IMG/VR virus record: IMGVR_UViG_3300032318_000669
Coordinates: 1-42,977 of that record
DNA length: 42,977 nucleotides
Strand: one strand, 5' to 3'
Source of the DNA: a virus
Lineage: Duplodnaviria; Caudoviricetes
The translations under genes were made by a program, and so were the position numbers. The notes beneath the pieces are model-generated. The model was not told the DNA's origin, searched no databases, and saw nothing but the letters and a program-made list of their open reading frames with translations. Positions 33,516-42,977 of this stretch are shown here, piece after piece. The stretch's first letter is position 1. Each line of letters starts with the position of its first letter.

Positions 33516-35213
33516 ATGGCACTTGTTGTCAAAGACAGAGTACAAGAAACCACGACCACTACCGGTACCGGCACCATTACGCTTGCTGGTGCTGTTAGTG
33601 GCTTTCAATCGTTTTCGGTCATTGGCAACGCAAACACTACATACTACGCAATTGTCGGACAAAGCACATCTGAGTGGGAAGTCGGTATCGGAACGTACAC
33701 TTCCTCTGGCACGACTTTATCGCGTGACACCATTCTTGCTTCTTCTAATAGCGGTAGCGCCGTTAACCTTAGTGCTGGCACCAAGAATGTGTTTGTCACC
33801 TACCCCGCCGATAAGTCGGTGTACGAAGACGCTAGTAACAACGTAACGCTTCCAGCGGATTTATCAGTTAACGGCAACACCACTCTCGGTGATGCGTCTG
33901 GTGATTCTGTCACGTTTAATGCTGCCACCGTATCAACACCAAACGGCCTGAACTTTGACAGCAATACATTTGTTATTGATGCAACAAACAACCGTGTTGG
34001 TGTTGGTACGGCAACCCCGTTTACTTTGATGCAGGTTTATAGCAGTACAGACGCTGCCGTGATTTCTCTTGATGGAGAAGGGCAGAATTCAAACCTCAGA
34101 GTGACTCGGTATTCCAATGACACAACTGCGCCCTTAAATTCATTAAGAAAAAGCAGAGGCACGCTCCTATCCCCAACTGCCGTTGCAAGCGGGGACGTCA
34201 TGGGTAGTTATAATTTCAACGCGTATGGCGGCTCAAACTTCAGAATTTTGAGTCAAATCAATGGAACGGTAGACACTTATGTCAGTGACACAAACATAAG
34301 TTCGTTTTTAACATTTACAACCACCCCTGCCGGTTCGGTTACTCCACAAGAAAGAGTGCGTATTACCAGTGCTGGTAACGTTGGCATTGGCATATCTTCG
34401 CCGGGCGTTGCTCTTGATGTTCTTGGCACTATCGAGGCTCAAGTTGCACTTACGAATGACACAATAGCAATCGCTGGTCGTGCTGGTGGAACGGGGTCAT
34501 TTGTTGCCACCATAACTCCAACTACACTTTCAGCAAGTCGCACGGTAACTCTGCCAGACGCAAACATAACCGTTGCTGGCCTTGGCGTTGCTCAAACGTG
34601 GACTGCGGCACAAACATTCCGAGCCGCTAGCGCAATCAGGTCTGAAGCCGCATCCACACAAGATGCAATGGTGCTTGCTGGTCGCGGTGGCGGCACTGGT
34701 TCGTTCGCGGTCACGCTGACACCAACTACGCTCAGTGCGAACCGCACGGCAACTTTTCCTAACGCGGACACAACCATTCCGGTAGCAACGCAAGTTTTGA
34801 CTTTCAGTGGACCCACCGCTGCAAGAACTTACACACTGCCTGATGCAGCCACAACACTTGTTGGCCTTACTGATACTCAAACGCTTACCAACAAGCGCGT
34901 CACCCCCCGTGTATCGACGACAACCTCAAGCGCCACTCCAACCATCAACACGGATACCACCGATATTTTTGGTTTAACCGCTCAGACAGTAGATGTCACA
35001 TCATTCAGTACCAACTTATCGGGTACACCAACCAACGGCCAAAAATTGTGGATTTATATTGTCGGCACGGCGTCAAGAGCAATCACTTGGGGTGCTTCAT
35101 TTGAGGCATCAACAGTTGCTTTGCCAACTACAACAGTCACTACTTCGCGCTTGGATGTGGGTTTTGTGTGGAATGCCGTCTCCGCCAAATGGCGTTGTGT
35201 TGCGGTTGCTTGA
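33516..35213 (+). CDS. tail fibre protein
   Basis: MALVVKDRVQETTTTTGTGT N-terminal domain; RVGVGT and ERVRITSAGNVGIG fibre repeats; internal duplication. Confidence 0.75.
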   Translation: MALVVKDRVQETTTTTGTGTITLAGAVSGFQSFSVIGNANTTYYAIVGQSTSEWEVGIGTYTSSGTTLSRDTILASSNSGSAVNLSAGTKNVFVTYPADKSVYEDASNNVTLPADLSVNGNTTLGDASGDSVTFNAATVSTPNGLNFDSNTFVIDATNNRVGVGTATPFTLMQVYSSTDAAVISLDGEGQNSNLRVTRYSNDTTAPLNSLRKSRGTLLSPTAVASGDVMGSYNFNAYGGSNFRILSQINGTVDTYVSDTNISSFLTFTTTPAGSVTPQERVRITSAGNVGIGISSPGVALDVLGTIEAQVALTNDTIAIAGRAGGTGSFVATITPTTLSASRTVTLPDANITVAGLGVAQTWTAAQTFRAASAIRSEAASTQDAMVLAGRGGGTGSFAVTLTPTTLSANRTATFPNADTTIPVATQVLTFSGPTAARTYTLPDAATTLVGLTDTQTLTNKRVTPRVSTTTSSATPTINTDTTDIFGLTAQTVDVTSFSTNLSGTPTNGQKLWIYIVGTASRAITWGASFEASTVALPTTTVTTSRLDVGFVWNAVSAKWRCVAVA

Positions 35214-35226
35214 GGATGAAATAACT

Positions 35227-35406
35227 ATGACCAATGCTGCTGTTGTAGAAAACACAACGAATATTGTAATAAATATAATTGTTGCCAATGAAAAAGGCGA
35301 CCTGCCCCCGAATGATTGTTATTTGGTAAACATTCCGGACGGGTATCCATGTTCAATGGGTTGGTTTTGGGATGGCACTTCTTTCATTCAACCGAATTCT
35401 GATTAA
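35227..35406 (+). CDS. small fibre-associated protein
   Basis: ATG 35227; AVVE...VINIIVA...GWFWDGTSF..P. Confidence 0.7.
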   Translation: MTNAAVVENTTNIVINIIVANEKGDLPPNDCYLVNIPDGYPCSMGWFWDGTSFIQPNSD

Positions 35407-35414
35407 ACGCCAAA

Positions 35415-36362
35415 ATGCCTACCATAGTTTTAACTTCTGGAACCACTTGGCAAGTCCCAATTGATTGGACTGATGCCGGTTCAACTATACGAGCGATTGG
35501 CGGCGCGGGCGGTGGTGGAACTGCCCCTTCCGCCGGTAACGGCGGCGCTGGTGGTGGTGGTGGTGGTGCTTTTTCATCAGTTTCGGCCATTGGACTTCTA
35601 GCCGGCGCAACCGTGTTTATAAGCATAGGCGCAGGTGGTAATGGCGCCACTGGCACTGGTGGCACTGGTGGCACTGGTGGTGACACTTGGCTAAACAAAA
35701 CAACGAATTCTGCTCCTACCTTGGCGACCGATGGTGCATTGTCAAAAGGTGGTACTGGCGGTTCAGGTAGTACAGCGGGTGTTGGGGGTAGTTCTGCAAG
35801 CGGAGTTGGGGCTGTTAAATTTGGTGGTGGCAATGGCGGCAGCGGTGCTGGTGCGGGTCAGAATGGACATGGTGGTGGTGGTTCTGCTGGCACCGACGTC
35901 GCTAATGGCTACGCTGGTGGCAATGGCCGTGGTTCCGGCGGCGGCGGCGGCGGCACAGGTGGCGTTGGCACTATAGGGGGGAACACCACCAGTGGTGGTG
36001 CTGGCGGGTTGACTTATACGGGTGGTGCTGGGGGTGCTGGTGGCACTTTGGGTAGTCCTACTGGCGTCGCTGGCACCAACGGCGGCGGTGGTGGTGGTGC
36101 CGGTGGTAGCGGTGCTAACAATGGTGGAGCCGGTGGTAGCGGTACAGAATATGCATCTACGCCAACGTCCGGTTCTGGCGGTGGTGGCGGTGGTAGTCTT
36201 GACGTCAACGCAACTGGTGCTTCCGGCGGGTTGTATGGGGGTGCTGGCGGTGGTAGTGGACGCACGGGTACTGGCGGCACTGGAGGGCAGGGTGCTTTGA
36301 TAATTACTTACACCTCGTCTGGCGCCACTGCAAAAGGCAATTTTTTGTTCTTATTTAACTAA
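35415..36362 (+). CDS. glycine-rich fibre or receptor-binding-type protein
   Basis: Extensive polyglycine stretches bracketed by TWQVP...IGGAGGGG and GALIITY. Confidence 0.75.
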   Translation: MPTIVLTSGTTWQVPIDWTDAGSTIRAIGGAGGGGTAPSAGNGGAGGGGGGAFSSVSAIGLLAGATVFISIGAGGNGATGTGGTGGTGGDTWLNKTTNSAPTLATDGALSKGGTGGSGSTAGVGGSSASGVGAVKFGGGNGGSGAGAGQNGHGGGGSAGTDVANGYAGGNGRGSGGGGGGTGGVGTIGGNTTSGGAGGLTYTGGAGGAGGTLGSPTGVAGTNGGGGGGAGGSGANNGGAGGSGTEYASTPTSGSGGGGGGSLDVNATGASGGLYGGAGGGSGRTGTGGTGGQGALIITYTSSGATAKGNFLFLFN

Positions 36363-36370
36363 CAAACACC

Positions 36371-37525
36371 ATGTTTGCACAAGCGCCATTTTCAGCAGCA
36401 GCCTTTTCTGCGCTTTTTGGTGCGGCAGGTGCGGTATATGCAGCAAGTGTGTCTGAATCTGTAGCAGCAACTGATGTAAACGCTGCCGCGATAAGTGTTT
36501 TAAGTGATGTTGCCGAGTCCTCTACGGCTACGGATTCATTAAGTGCGTTTTCATCTGTACTTTCCGATGTAAGCGAAACTGCTACTGCAACAGATTCACA
36601 ATCTTCATCCATCACGGTTTCTTCTGCTGTAAGTGAAACATCTACTGCCACCGATAGCACGGCAGCGTTAGTTCCGTTTGTATCAAATGTGGCTGAATCC
36701 TCCACTGCTACGGATGCAACATCTTCGGTACGAACGGTCGTTCGTTCTATTTCCGAAACATCCACCGCAACGGATACAAATAGTGCTGGACAAACGGCTA
36801 GAGCAAACATTCAAGAAACATCTACAGCCACTGACGCTGTAGCAACCAATTTTTCTGTTTTTTCTGCGGTATCTGAAACATCTACCGCAACAGATTCGAT
36901 GGTTGGAAGACTTCCAATTGTCACAAACATAGCCGAAACATCTACGGCAACAGATAGCCAATCGGCTGCGCCAACTTACCCCAACGCTATTTCTGAATCT
37001 TCAACGGCAACCGACAGTCCTAGCACCCTACAAACTGCTGTAACAAGCATTCAAGAATCTGCCACGGCTACAGATACAAATAGCGCTGCACAAACAGTAA
37101 GTTTAACAATTTCTGAAACTTCAACTGCAACCGACAGTAATGCTGCTGCCCCAATTTACCCACGCTCTATAGAAGAAACTGCAACTGCAACAGACGCAAT
37201 TTTCACAATTGCTGCAATGTCGGTCTTTATTGACGAACTTGCAACGGCTACCGATACAGTAGATACGCTTGCTGCGCTTGTTTCGTTTGTTGATGAAACC
37301 GTTCAGGCTACCGATAGCCCAACAGCAAACGCTGCGTTTATTGCAGCGGTGGTAGAACAAATCAACGCAATGGATGCAGCAACACGCCGGTTACTATGGG
37401 AAATTATCAATGACAGTCAATCCTTGAACTGGCAAAATATAAACAATTCTCAAACAACGACTTGGCAAACGATTAACAACGCTAGCAGCACCAACTGGTC
37501 AAATATTGACGATTCGCTGCACTAA
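36371..37525 (+). CDS. virion protein with ~15 tandem 20-aa (V/I)xE(T/S)xTATD repeats
   Basis: Exact 20-residue periodicity; C-terminal WxxInn repeats. Confidence 0.75.
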   Translation: MFAQAPFSAAAFSALFGAAGAVYAASVSESVAATDVNAAAISVLSDVAESSTATDSLSAFSSVLSDVSETATATDSQSSSITVSSAVSETSTATDSTAALVPFVSNVAESSTATDATSSVRTVVRSISETSTATDTNSAGQTARANIQETSTATDAVATNFSVFSAVSETSTATDSMVGRLPIVTNIAETSTATDSQSAAPTYPNAISESSTATDSPSTLQTAVTSIQESATATDTNSAAQTVSLTISETSTATDSNAAAPIYPRSIEETATATDAIFTIAAMSVFIDELATATDTVDTLAALVSFVDETVQATDSPTANAAFIAAVVEQINAMDAATRRLLWEIINDSQSLNWQNINNSQTTTWQTINNASSTNWSNIDDSLH

Positions 37526-37537
37526 AGGACAAGCAAA

Positions 37538-39493
37538 ATGGCAAGTACATATTCTGCATATAAGATTGAGTTGATGAGCAACGGCGACCAGCCGGGTACT
37601 TGGGGCACAACCACCAACAACAACTTTCAGTATGCAATCGAGCAAGCCATTGGCGGGTACGCTACGCAGTCGCTTTCCACGACTTCAACTACGTTGACTT
37701 TGGCCGATAACAATGGCCTACAAAACGCCCGTGCTTTGTTTCTTCGATTTACTGGTACGCCGGGGTCTGGCGCTACAGTTGTGCTGCCGTCGATTCAAAA
37801 ACTGTATTTCATCAAGAATGAAATTACTACACATGACTTGATTGTTAAGACTTCCACAGCAACTACCATTACCGTTCCTAACGGTAAAACTGCCTGCATT
37901 TATGTTGATGGCACGGATGTAATTGGTACCAGCGATTGGCTTCCAAGTCTGACCACAACTACTATTACTGCTTCGGGCGCTGCAACTATTGGTGGAAATC
38001 TTTCTGTTGGCGGCACATCAACTGGTTCGACATATTCAACCTATACCAAGACTTCTACAAAAATTACGGTAAACGGAACTGGGTTTCCATTTGTTGCCGG
38101 AGATAATGTATATGTTGCTTTAACTGGTGGTGACGCACCAAGCGGCGTTTACACAGTCGATTCTTCGCCAACCCCAACCGCGACTGCATTTACTGCAACT
38201 CCGGTGTTTGGTTCCTTCCCAACTGGAACTACTGGCGGCACTGTTAATAGTGTTACCAGATACAACAACACCACAACCATTCAGACGCCGTTTTCTTCGT
38301 TTGGGTCTGTCGGTACTACCGGTCAAGTATTAGTCAGCCAAGGCTCTGGCATTCCTCCTACATGGACTACGGTTACTTCTGTTGCTGGTAACTGGAGTGT
38401 TGGCGGAAACTTTGCTGTAACCGGAACTTCTACTTTTACCGGCGCGGCTACGTTTAACGGCAACACTACGGTTGGTTCCACCACCGTTACTTCCGGTACT
38501 TATGGCCGCAGCACTACAACCGTTACAGTTGACACTTCTCCCACTGCTCATGGATTTAGCACAGGGCAAATTCTTTATCTAGTGTTTAGCGCGGGTACGG
38601 GCGGCACCGCTACTAGTGGCGTTTATTCAATTACGGTAACTGGCGCTAACACTTTTACTATTACTGACGTAGCAAGCGGAACCATTTCAGGCACCCCTGC
38701 CGTATCCATCACCAAGTATAACAACACCGCAACCCTGCAAGCCCCGCTGTCTTCGTTTGGTTCGGTTGGTACTTCTGGATTTGTTCTTACAAGTCAGGGT
38801 ACCGGAGCGCCGCCTCAATGGTCGGGAGTATCATCTTTTATAAACAGTGGAACAAAACTTTCAGTTGATTCCAGCGGTAATTTCACTGCCGTTGTTCCTT
38901 CAAATGCCTCACTAACTCCAGCATTCTTCACACGCGCTTGGGTTAATTTTGATGGTTCATCATTTACCACCGTATCTGGAACTTACACTTGGGCAGGGTC
39001 AACTTGCACTGTAACCAAAACCGCTCATGGGTTGCTAACCGGAGATGTTATCTATCTTAATTTTACTGCCGGTGCTGCTGCTACAAATGCGGCTAGAATT
39101 TTTTACACAGTAACCAAAACCGGCGACGATACTTTTACTGTATCTGGCGCAACTTATACTCAAGCCACTGCCGCAGCCGTATCTTGGTACACCGCAAATA
39201 TATTGGGTAGCGGCAACGTCCGTTTGGTTTCTGTTGGAACTCCCGGCGCGGTTATTGGCGTTGTTCAAGCATTTTCCATCATGTTTACAACATCAATTTT
39301 TGATGACAACTATGCGTGGACCGCCTGTGCTGGGCAAAATAATTATAACGGTACGTCTTTTATTTCTTCTCCGTTAACTACAAACAAATCTTTTTGGAAA
39401 AAATCCAATGTTCTTTATCTCGGCATTTATGAATCCGCCGCAACAAGAACCACTGTTAATGCCGAAGACGTTTCTGTTGTAGTCACGAGGTAA
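37538..39493 (+). CDS. tail fibre / tailspike protein
   Basis: MASTYS...GTWGTTTNNN N-terminus; duplicated modules; AHGF/AHGL beta domains; RAWVNFDG. Confidence 0.75.
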   Translation: MASTYSAYKIELMSNGDQPGTWGTTTNNNFQYAIEQAIGGYATQSLSTTSTTLTLADNNGLQNARALFLRFTGTPGSGATVVLPSIQKLYFIKNEITTHDLIVKTSTATTITVPNGKTACIYVDGTDVIGTSDWLPSLTTTTITASGAATIGGNLSVGGTSTGSTYSTYTKTSTKITVNGTGFPFVAGDNVYVALTGGDAPSGVYTVDSSPTPTATAFTATPVFGSFPTGTTGGTVNSVTRYNNTTTIQTPFSSFGSVGTTGQVLVSQGSGIPPTWTTVTSVAGNWSVGGNFAVTGTSTFTGAATFNGNTTVGSTTVTSGTYGRSTTTVTVDTSPTAHGFSTGQILYLVFSAGTGGTATSGVYSITVTGANTFTITDVASGTISGTPAVSITKYNNTATLQAPLSSFGSVGTSGFVLTSQGTGAPPQWSGVSSFINSGTKLSVDSSGNFTAVVPSNASLTPAFFTRAWVNFDGSSFTTVSGTYTWAGSTCTVTKTAHGLLTGDVIYLNFTAGAAATNAARIFYTVTKTGDDTFTVSGATYTQATAAAVSWYTANILGSGNVRLVSVGTPGAVIGVVQAFSIMFTTSIFDDNYAWTACAGQNNYNGTSFISSPLTTNKSFWKKSNVLYLGIYESAATRTTVNAEDVSVVVTR

Positions 39494-39496
39494 ATC

Positions 39497-39865
39497 ATGG
39501 ACCCGCTAACCATCCTCGCTGCTCTTGGCCCGCTTGCTGTAGACCTCGGTAAATCGCTGATTAGTAAGTTCATTGCGCCCGACCAGTTTAAACCCGCAAC
39601 AATTGAGCAGTACGCCAAGATGAAGGAAATCGACCTTGAGATGTTCAAGGCGATGAATGATGCTGGTGGTGCTAACCCGTCCTATCCGTGGGTTGAGGCA
39701 GTTGTCCGTCTGATGCGTCCGTCTGTGGCGTTTCTTGTCCTTGGTACATGGGCGTATATGACTATGTCTGGCGTGGCTAATCCTGCTGTTGATAACTTCG
39801 CTGCTGCCATTGGTTTTTACCTGTTCGGGGACCGCACCCTGTTTTATTCTAGGAAAGCCAAATGA
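39497..39865 (+). CDS. putative holin (3TM-type)
   Basis: Hydrophobic segments, MRPSVA...GFYLFGDRT; directly before the endolysin. Confidence 0.65.
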   Translation: MDPLTILAALGPLAVDLGKSLISKFIAPDQFKPATIEQYAKMKEIDLEMFKAMNDAGGANPSYPWVEAVVRLMRPSVAFLVLGTWAYMTMSGVANPAVDNFAAAIGFYLFGDRTLFYSRKAK

Positions 39866-40281
39866 TTAACTCGCGGAAGTTAGATGACTTATTGCCTATT
39901 GTTAAGGCAAAGGTTGAAAGGTTTATTGCTCTGTGCAAAGGCGCTGACATTGACCTTTTAATCACTTCTACTTACCGCGATAACGAAAGCCAAGACGCAC
40001 TGTACGGGCAAGGCAGAACGGCCCTCGGAAAAATTGTGACAAACGCCAAAGGCGGACAGTCTTTTCACAACTACCGTTGTGCTGTGGATGTTGTACCGCT
40101 AATTAACGGCAAGCCATGTTGGGATATCAAGAACCCGGTATGGCAAAAAGTTGGCGCTTATGGCAAAGCCAGCGGGTTAGAATGGGCCGGAGAATGGAAG
40201 CGGTTTAAAGAATACGCTCACTTTCAATACACAGGCGGTCTTACAATCAAGGATTTGCAGGCTGGCAAAGAGGTTAAGTGA
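39862..40281 (+). CDS. endolysin, peptidase M15 (L-Ala-D-Glu peptidase-like)
   Basis: [33 protein letters not shown]...GLEWAGEW...EYAHFQ. Confidence 0.92.
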   Translation: MINSRKLDDLLPIVKAKVERFIALCKGADIDLLITSTYRDNESQDALYGQGRTALGKIVTNAKGGQSFHNYRCAVDVVPLINGKPCWDIKNPVWQKVGAYGKASGLEWAGEWKRFKEYAHFQYTGGLTIKDLQAGKEVK

Positions 40282-42557
40282 TGCCGCAAGAACTCAAAAA
40301 GTTAGCATTTAAACCCGGCATCAACCGCGACCAAACCAACTACGCATCAGAAGGCGGTTGGTATGAGTGCCAATGGGTGCGCTTCCGTTCCGGGTTTCCG
40401 GAAAAGATGGGCGGATGGGTTGTTGCATCTAATAATCAATACAACGGCGAGTGTCGTTCTATTCTGCCTTGGTCTGTATCTGACGGTACACCACTGCTTG
40501 GCGTGTCAACCAATACCAAAGAATATGTAGCGCTTAATAATCGAGGTGCTACGTTGTTTGATATTACGCCCATTCGACAAACCTTTACTTCCCCTGCCAC
40601 CAACAACTGTTTTACTACAAACCCCACTGCCGTAGTGACGGGTTCTATTAGCACAACAACTTTAACTGTCACCGCCGTATCTTCTGGAACTCTTTATGTA
40701 GGCATGACTATTTCTGGTACTGGAATTGCAACAGGTACAAAGATTTCACAATTCATCAGTGGGACTGGCGGTGCTGGCACATACACCGTAGACATATCTC
40801 AGACCGTATCCAGCACCACAGTAACCGCCGTATTTACTAACAAAACTGTTTTGGTTTCCATAACAAGCAATGGTGCCAATGCAAATGATTTTGTTACTTT
40901 TAGTGGTGTTACTGGCACTATTGGCGGAGTTGCGGCATCAGAGTTTAATAAAGAATTTCAAATTCAAACAATTTTAAATAACAACAATTTTTTAATTTTA
41001 ATCAATTCATCCGCCACCTATGATACCGGCCCCGCCTCCGGAGTAACTGCTAGTTTTCAAATCCATGTTGGCACAAATTCAGAAGCCGCCGGTAATGGAT
41101 GGGGCGCTGGCGGTTGGGGTGGTTTAAATACTTCTCCAGCGGGCGCAAGCACTGGATGGGGTCAGTCTTCGACAGTTACCATTACCACACAATACGCTAG
41201 ATTAGTATTCCAAGACAGATACTCGGATACCTTGTATTTTAATATTCAAAATGCAACCGGAAATAACCTGTTTAATTCATCTGGCTCAAATATTTTTTAT
41301 TGGGATTACACAGGTTCAGGTTCATATAGTAATCGCGCACTTAGATTAGACCAAAAAAGTGGTGCTGTAGCAGTGCCGCAACAAGTTGGTAGAATTCTTT
41401 TTGCACCGTCTGGGCATTTGTTAGCACTTGGGTGTACTGAATATGACGCGCTCGCAGCATCTCCAGCCTATCTTGGTGCCTATGACCCCCTACTTATTCG
41501 CTGGTCTAACGTAGACCCTGTACTCGGACCGTTGCCGCAAGAATGGCAACCCACTGCTATCAATACGGCGGGCGACCTTCGCGTAGCATCAGGTTCAAGA
41601 ATTATTACCGGATACAAAACTAGACAGGAAATTCTTATATTTACTGACTCATCAGTAAATTCGTTTCAGTTTATTGGCACATCAGATATTTTTGGCTTGC
41701 AAGAACTTGCCAATAACACAAGCATCATGGGGCCAAACGTTGTTATTGCTGTAAATAACGTAGTAATGTGGATGGGTGTGGATAAGTTCTATCAATACAA
41801 TGGTCGTGTTGATACGCTACCTTGCACCCTGCGCCAATTCATTTACCAAAGCCCCGGTGTTAACCAACAACAAGCCTCTTTATTTGTTGCTGGAGGTAAT
41901 GCTGAGTTTAATGAGGTTATGTGGTTATACGCAGATGCGGCCTCTAATTCTATTAACCGGTATGTTGTATATAACTACCAAGAACAAATCTGGTACTACG
42001 GCACACTAGACCGCACATATTGGACTGATGATGGGTATGTTGTTAATCCTGTTGCCGCTCAAGGTGGATGGCTGTATCAACACGATGCACCAAATACTAA
42101 TGATGCCGGTGGCCCCAATGAAACCAAAACGGCAATTAACTCATACATTAAATCCGCAGACTTAGATATTGGGGACGGTTATCAATTCATGTTGATGCGC
42201 CGTATTATCCCTGACATTAACTTCACAGATTCAACCGCAACAAATCCTACCGCTTATATGACAGTTGGTGTGCGTAATTTCCCCGGCGCAAAACAAAATT
42301 ATGTAGACCAAAATAATCCTAACAATGGAATTTTTTATAACGCAGAGGGCGATGATTTAAGTGCAAATGTTCAAGTTGGGCGACAGGTTGAGGGTGGAGT
42401 TTTAACTACCGCTACAATTGACCAATACACCAACCAAGTATTTATCCGTGCGCGTGGTCGGCAGATGAACTTCACCATTGGTTCAAATTCGTTGGGTGTG
42501 CAATGGCAGTTGGGCTTCCCCCGTCTTGATGCGCGTGAAGATGGCAGGAGAGGCTGA
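40281..42557 (+). CDS. putative tail nozzle / stabilisation protein (beta-propeller-type)
   Basis: FKPGINR...[14 protein letters not shown]...IRWS...WMG...F..YNG.V..LPC...RARGRQ...DGRR. Confidence 0.7.
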   Translation: MPQELKKLAFKPGINRDQTNYASEGGWYECQWVRFRSGFPEKMGGWVVASNNQYNGECRSILPWSVSDGTPLLGVSTNTKEYVALNNRGATLFDITPIRQTFTSPATNNCFTTNPTAVVTGSISTTTLTVTAVSSGTLYVGMTISGTGIATGTKISQFISGTGGAGTYTVDISQTVSSTTVTAVFTNKTVLVSITSNGANANDFVTFSGVTGTIGGVAASEFNKEFQIQTILNNNNFLILINSSATYDTGPASGVTASFQIHVGTNSEAAGNGWGAGGWGGLNTSPAGASTGWGQSSTVTITTQYARLVFQDRYSDTLYFNIQNATGNNLFNSSGSNIFYWDYTGSGSYSNRALRLDQKSGAVAVPQQVGRILFAPSGHLLALGCTEYDALAASPAYLGAYDPLLIRWSNVDPVLGPLPQEWQPTAINTAGDLRVASGSRIITGYKTRQEILIFTDSSVNSFQFIGTSDIFGLQELANNTSIMGPNVVIAVNNVVMWMGVDKFYQYNGRVDTLPCTLRQFIYQSPGVNQQQASLFVAGGNAEFNEVMWLYADAASNSINRYVVYNYQEQIWYYGTLDRTYWTDDGYVVNPVAAQGGWLYQHDAPNTNDAGGPNETKTAINSYIKSADLDIGDGYQFMLMRRIIPDINFTDSTATNPTAYMTVGVRNFPGAKQNYVDQNNPNNGIFYNAEGDDLSANVQVGRQVEGGVLTTATIDQYTNQVFIRARGRQMNFTIGSNSLGVQWQLGFPRLDAREDGRRG

Positions 42558-42977
42558 TGGGGCTTATTAAATCTGTTGCGCCGTCATTGCCAATACCGAC
42601 AACGACCTATAGCCAAGACCAACAACAGCAACGCGACAACTCACTGCGTTTGTATTTTAACCAGATTGATACCGCATACTGGGACGGCACAAAAGTAGTT
42701 AATTCATACGGCGCGTGGAAAAGTTTAGTAACCCAGACTGCTACCGCTAATACGGCTACAGCAGTTGCTTTGGAAGTTGTGGATTACGAAAACTCCACAT
42801 CAATTGCTTCGTCCTCACGGATGACTGTGACTTATCCGGGCATTTATAACTTGCAGTGGTCTGCTCAAATTCTTAACTCTGATTCAGTGGCGCGAAGCCT
42901 TAGCGTTTGGTTGAGAAAGAATGGTGATGCTGCTGGCGTAGCCGGTTCCACGAGGAACTCTTTAGTGCAGGCTGGAC
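42557..42977 (+). CDS. virion protein with C1q-like domain, 3' truncated by window edge
   Basis: Manual: [14 protein letters not shown]...LRLYFNQID...PGIYNLQWSAQ...VWLRKNG; open to the window end. Confidence 0.7.
   Translation, partial: MGLIKSVAPSLPIPTTTYSQDQQQQRDNSLRLYFNQIDTAYWDGTKVVNSYGAWKSLVTQTATANTATAVALEVVDYENSTSIASSSRMTVTYPGIYNLQWSAQILNSDSVARSLSVWLRKNGDAAGVAGSTRNSLVQAG

Noticed and set aside
36440-37320. 60-nt periodic repeats resembling a CRISPR array or DGR
   Set aside because: In-frame protein repeats with synonymous variation; no reverse transcriptase or adenine-specific TR/VR pair.
1-42977. Alternative genetic code or stop-codon reassignment
   Set aside because: Core genes are full length in the standard code, and no suppressor tRNA is present.

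Overview
This 43-kb window is a large part of a tailed dsDNA bacteriophage genome (Caudoviricetes). Gene content suggests an aquatic, proteobacterial-host type, but the host is inference only. No integrase or DNA polymerase is visible. Layout: (i) 1-6.7 kb, minus strand: recombination and accessory operon (HicA-like protein, PD-(D/E)XK exonuclease, ERF annealing protein, SSB-like protein, MazG-like, NrdR-like Zn ribbon, DUF3310, many small ORFs) with two embedded tRNAs, Lys-TTT and Leu-TAA. It is headed by a sigma70-type promoter followed directly by a complete type I hammerhead ribozyme. (ii) 6.7-11.0 kb, plus strand: Holliday junction resolvase, metallophosphoesterase, a ~12% GC origin-like tract, nuclease, HNH protein and primase-helicase. 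(iii) 11.1-16.9 kb, minus strand: putative early operon (SprT-like protease, CobS/MoxR-type AAA+ ATPase, CobT-like VWA protein, small ORFs) led by a ~370-nt highly structured non-coding region whose 3' module is duplicated. (iv) 17.3-43 kb, plus strand: terminases, portal, GroES, scaffold-like protein, major capsid protein, a cluster of Lys/Gly-motif proteins, head-tail and tail/fibre genes, holin-like protein and M15 endolysin. The most notable unexplained signals are RNA-level: the ribozyme, structured leaders, a two-state repeated hairpin, a conserved GGAGGTTTAAATG start motif and a hairpin displaying its complement. Also notable are a perfect palindrome inside the resolvase gene and apparent avoidance of GATC, AGCT and CCWGG. 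All calls are by eye; no searches were run.
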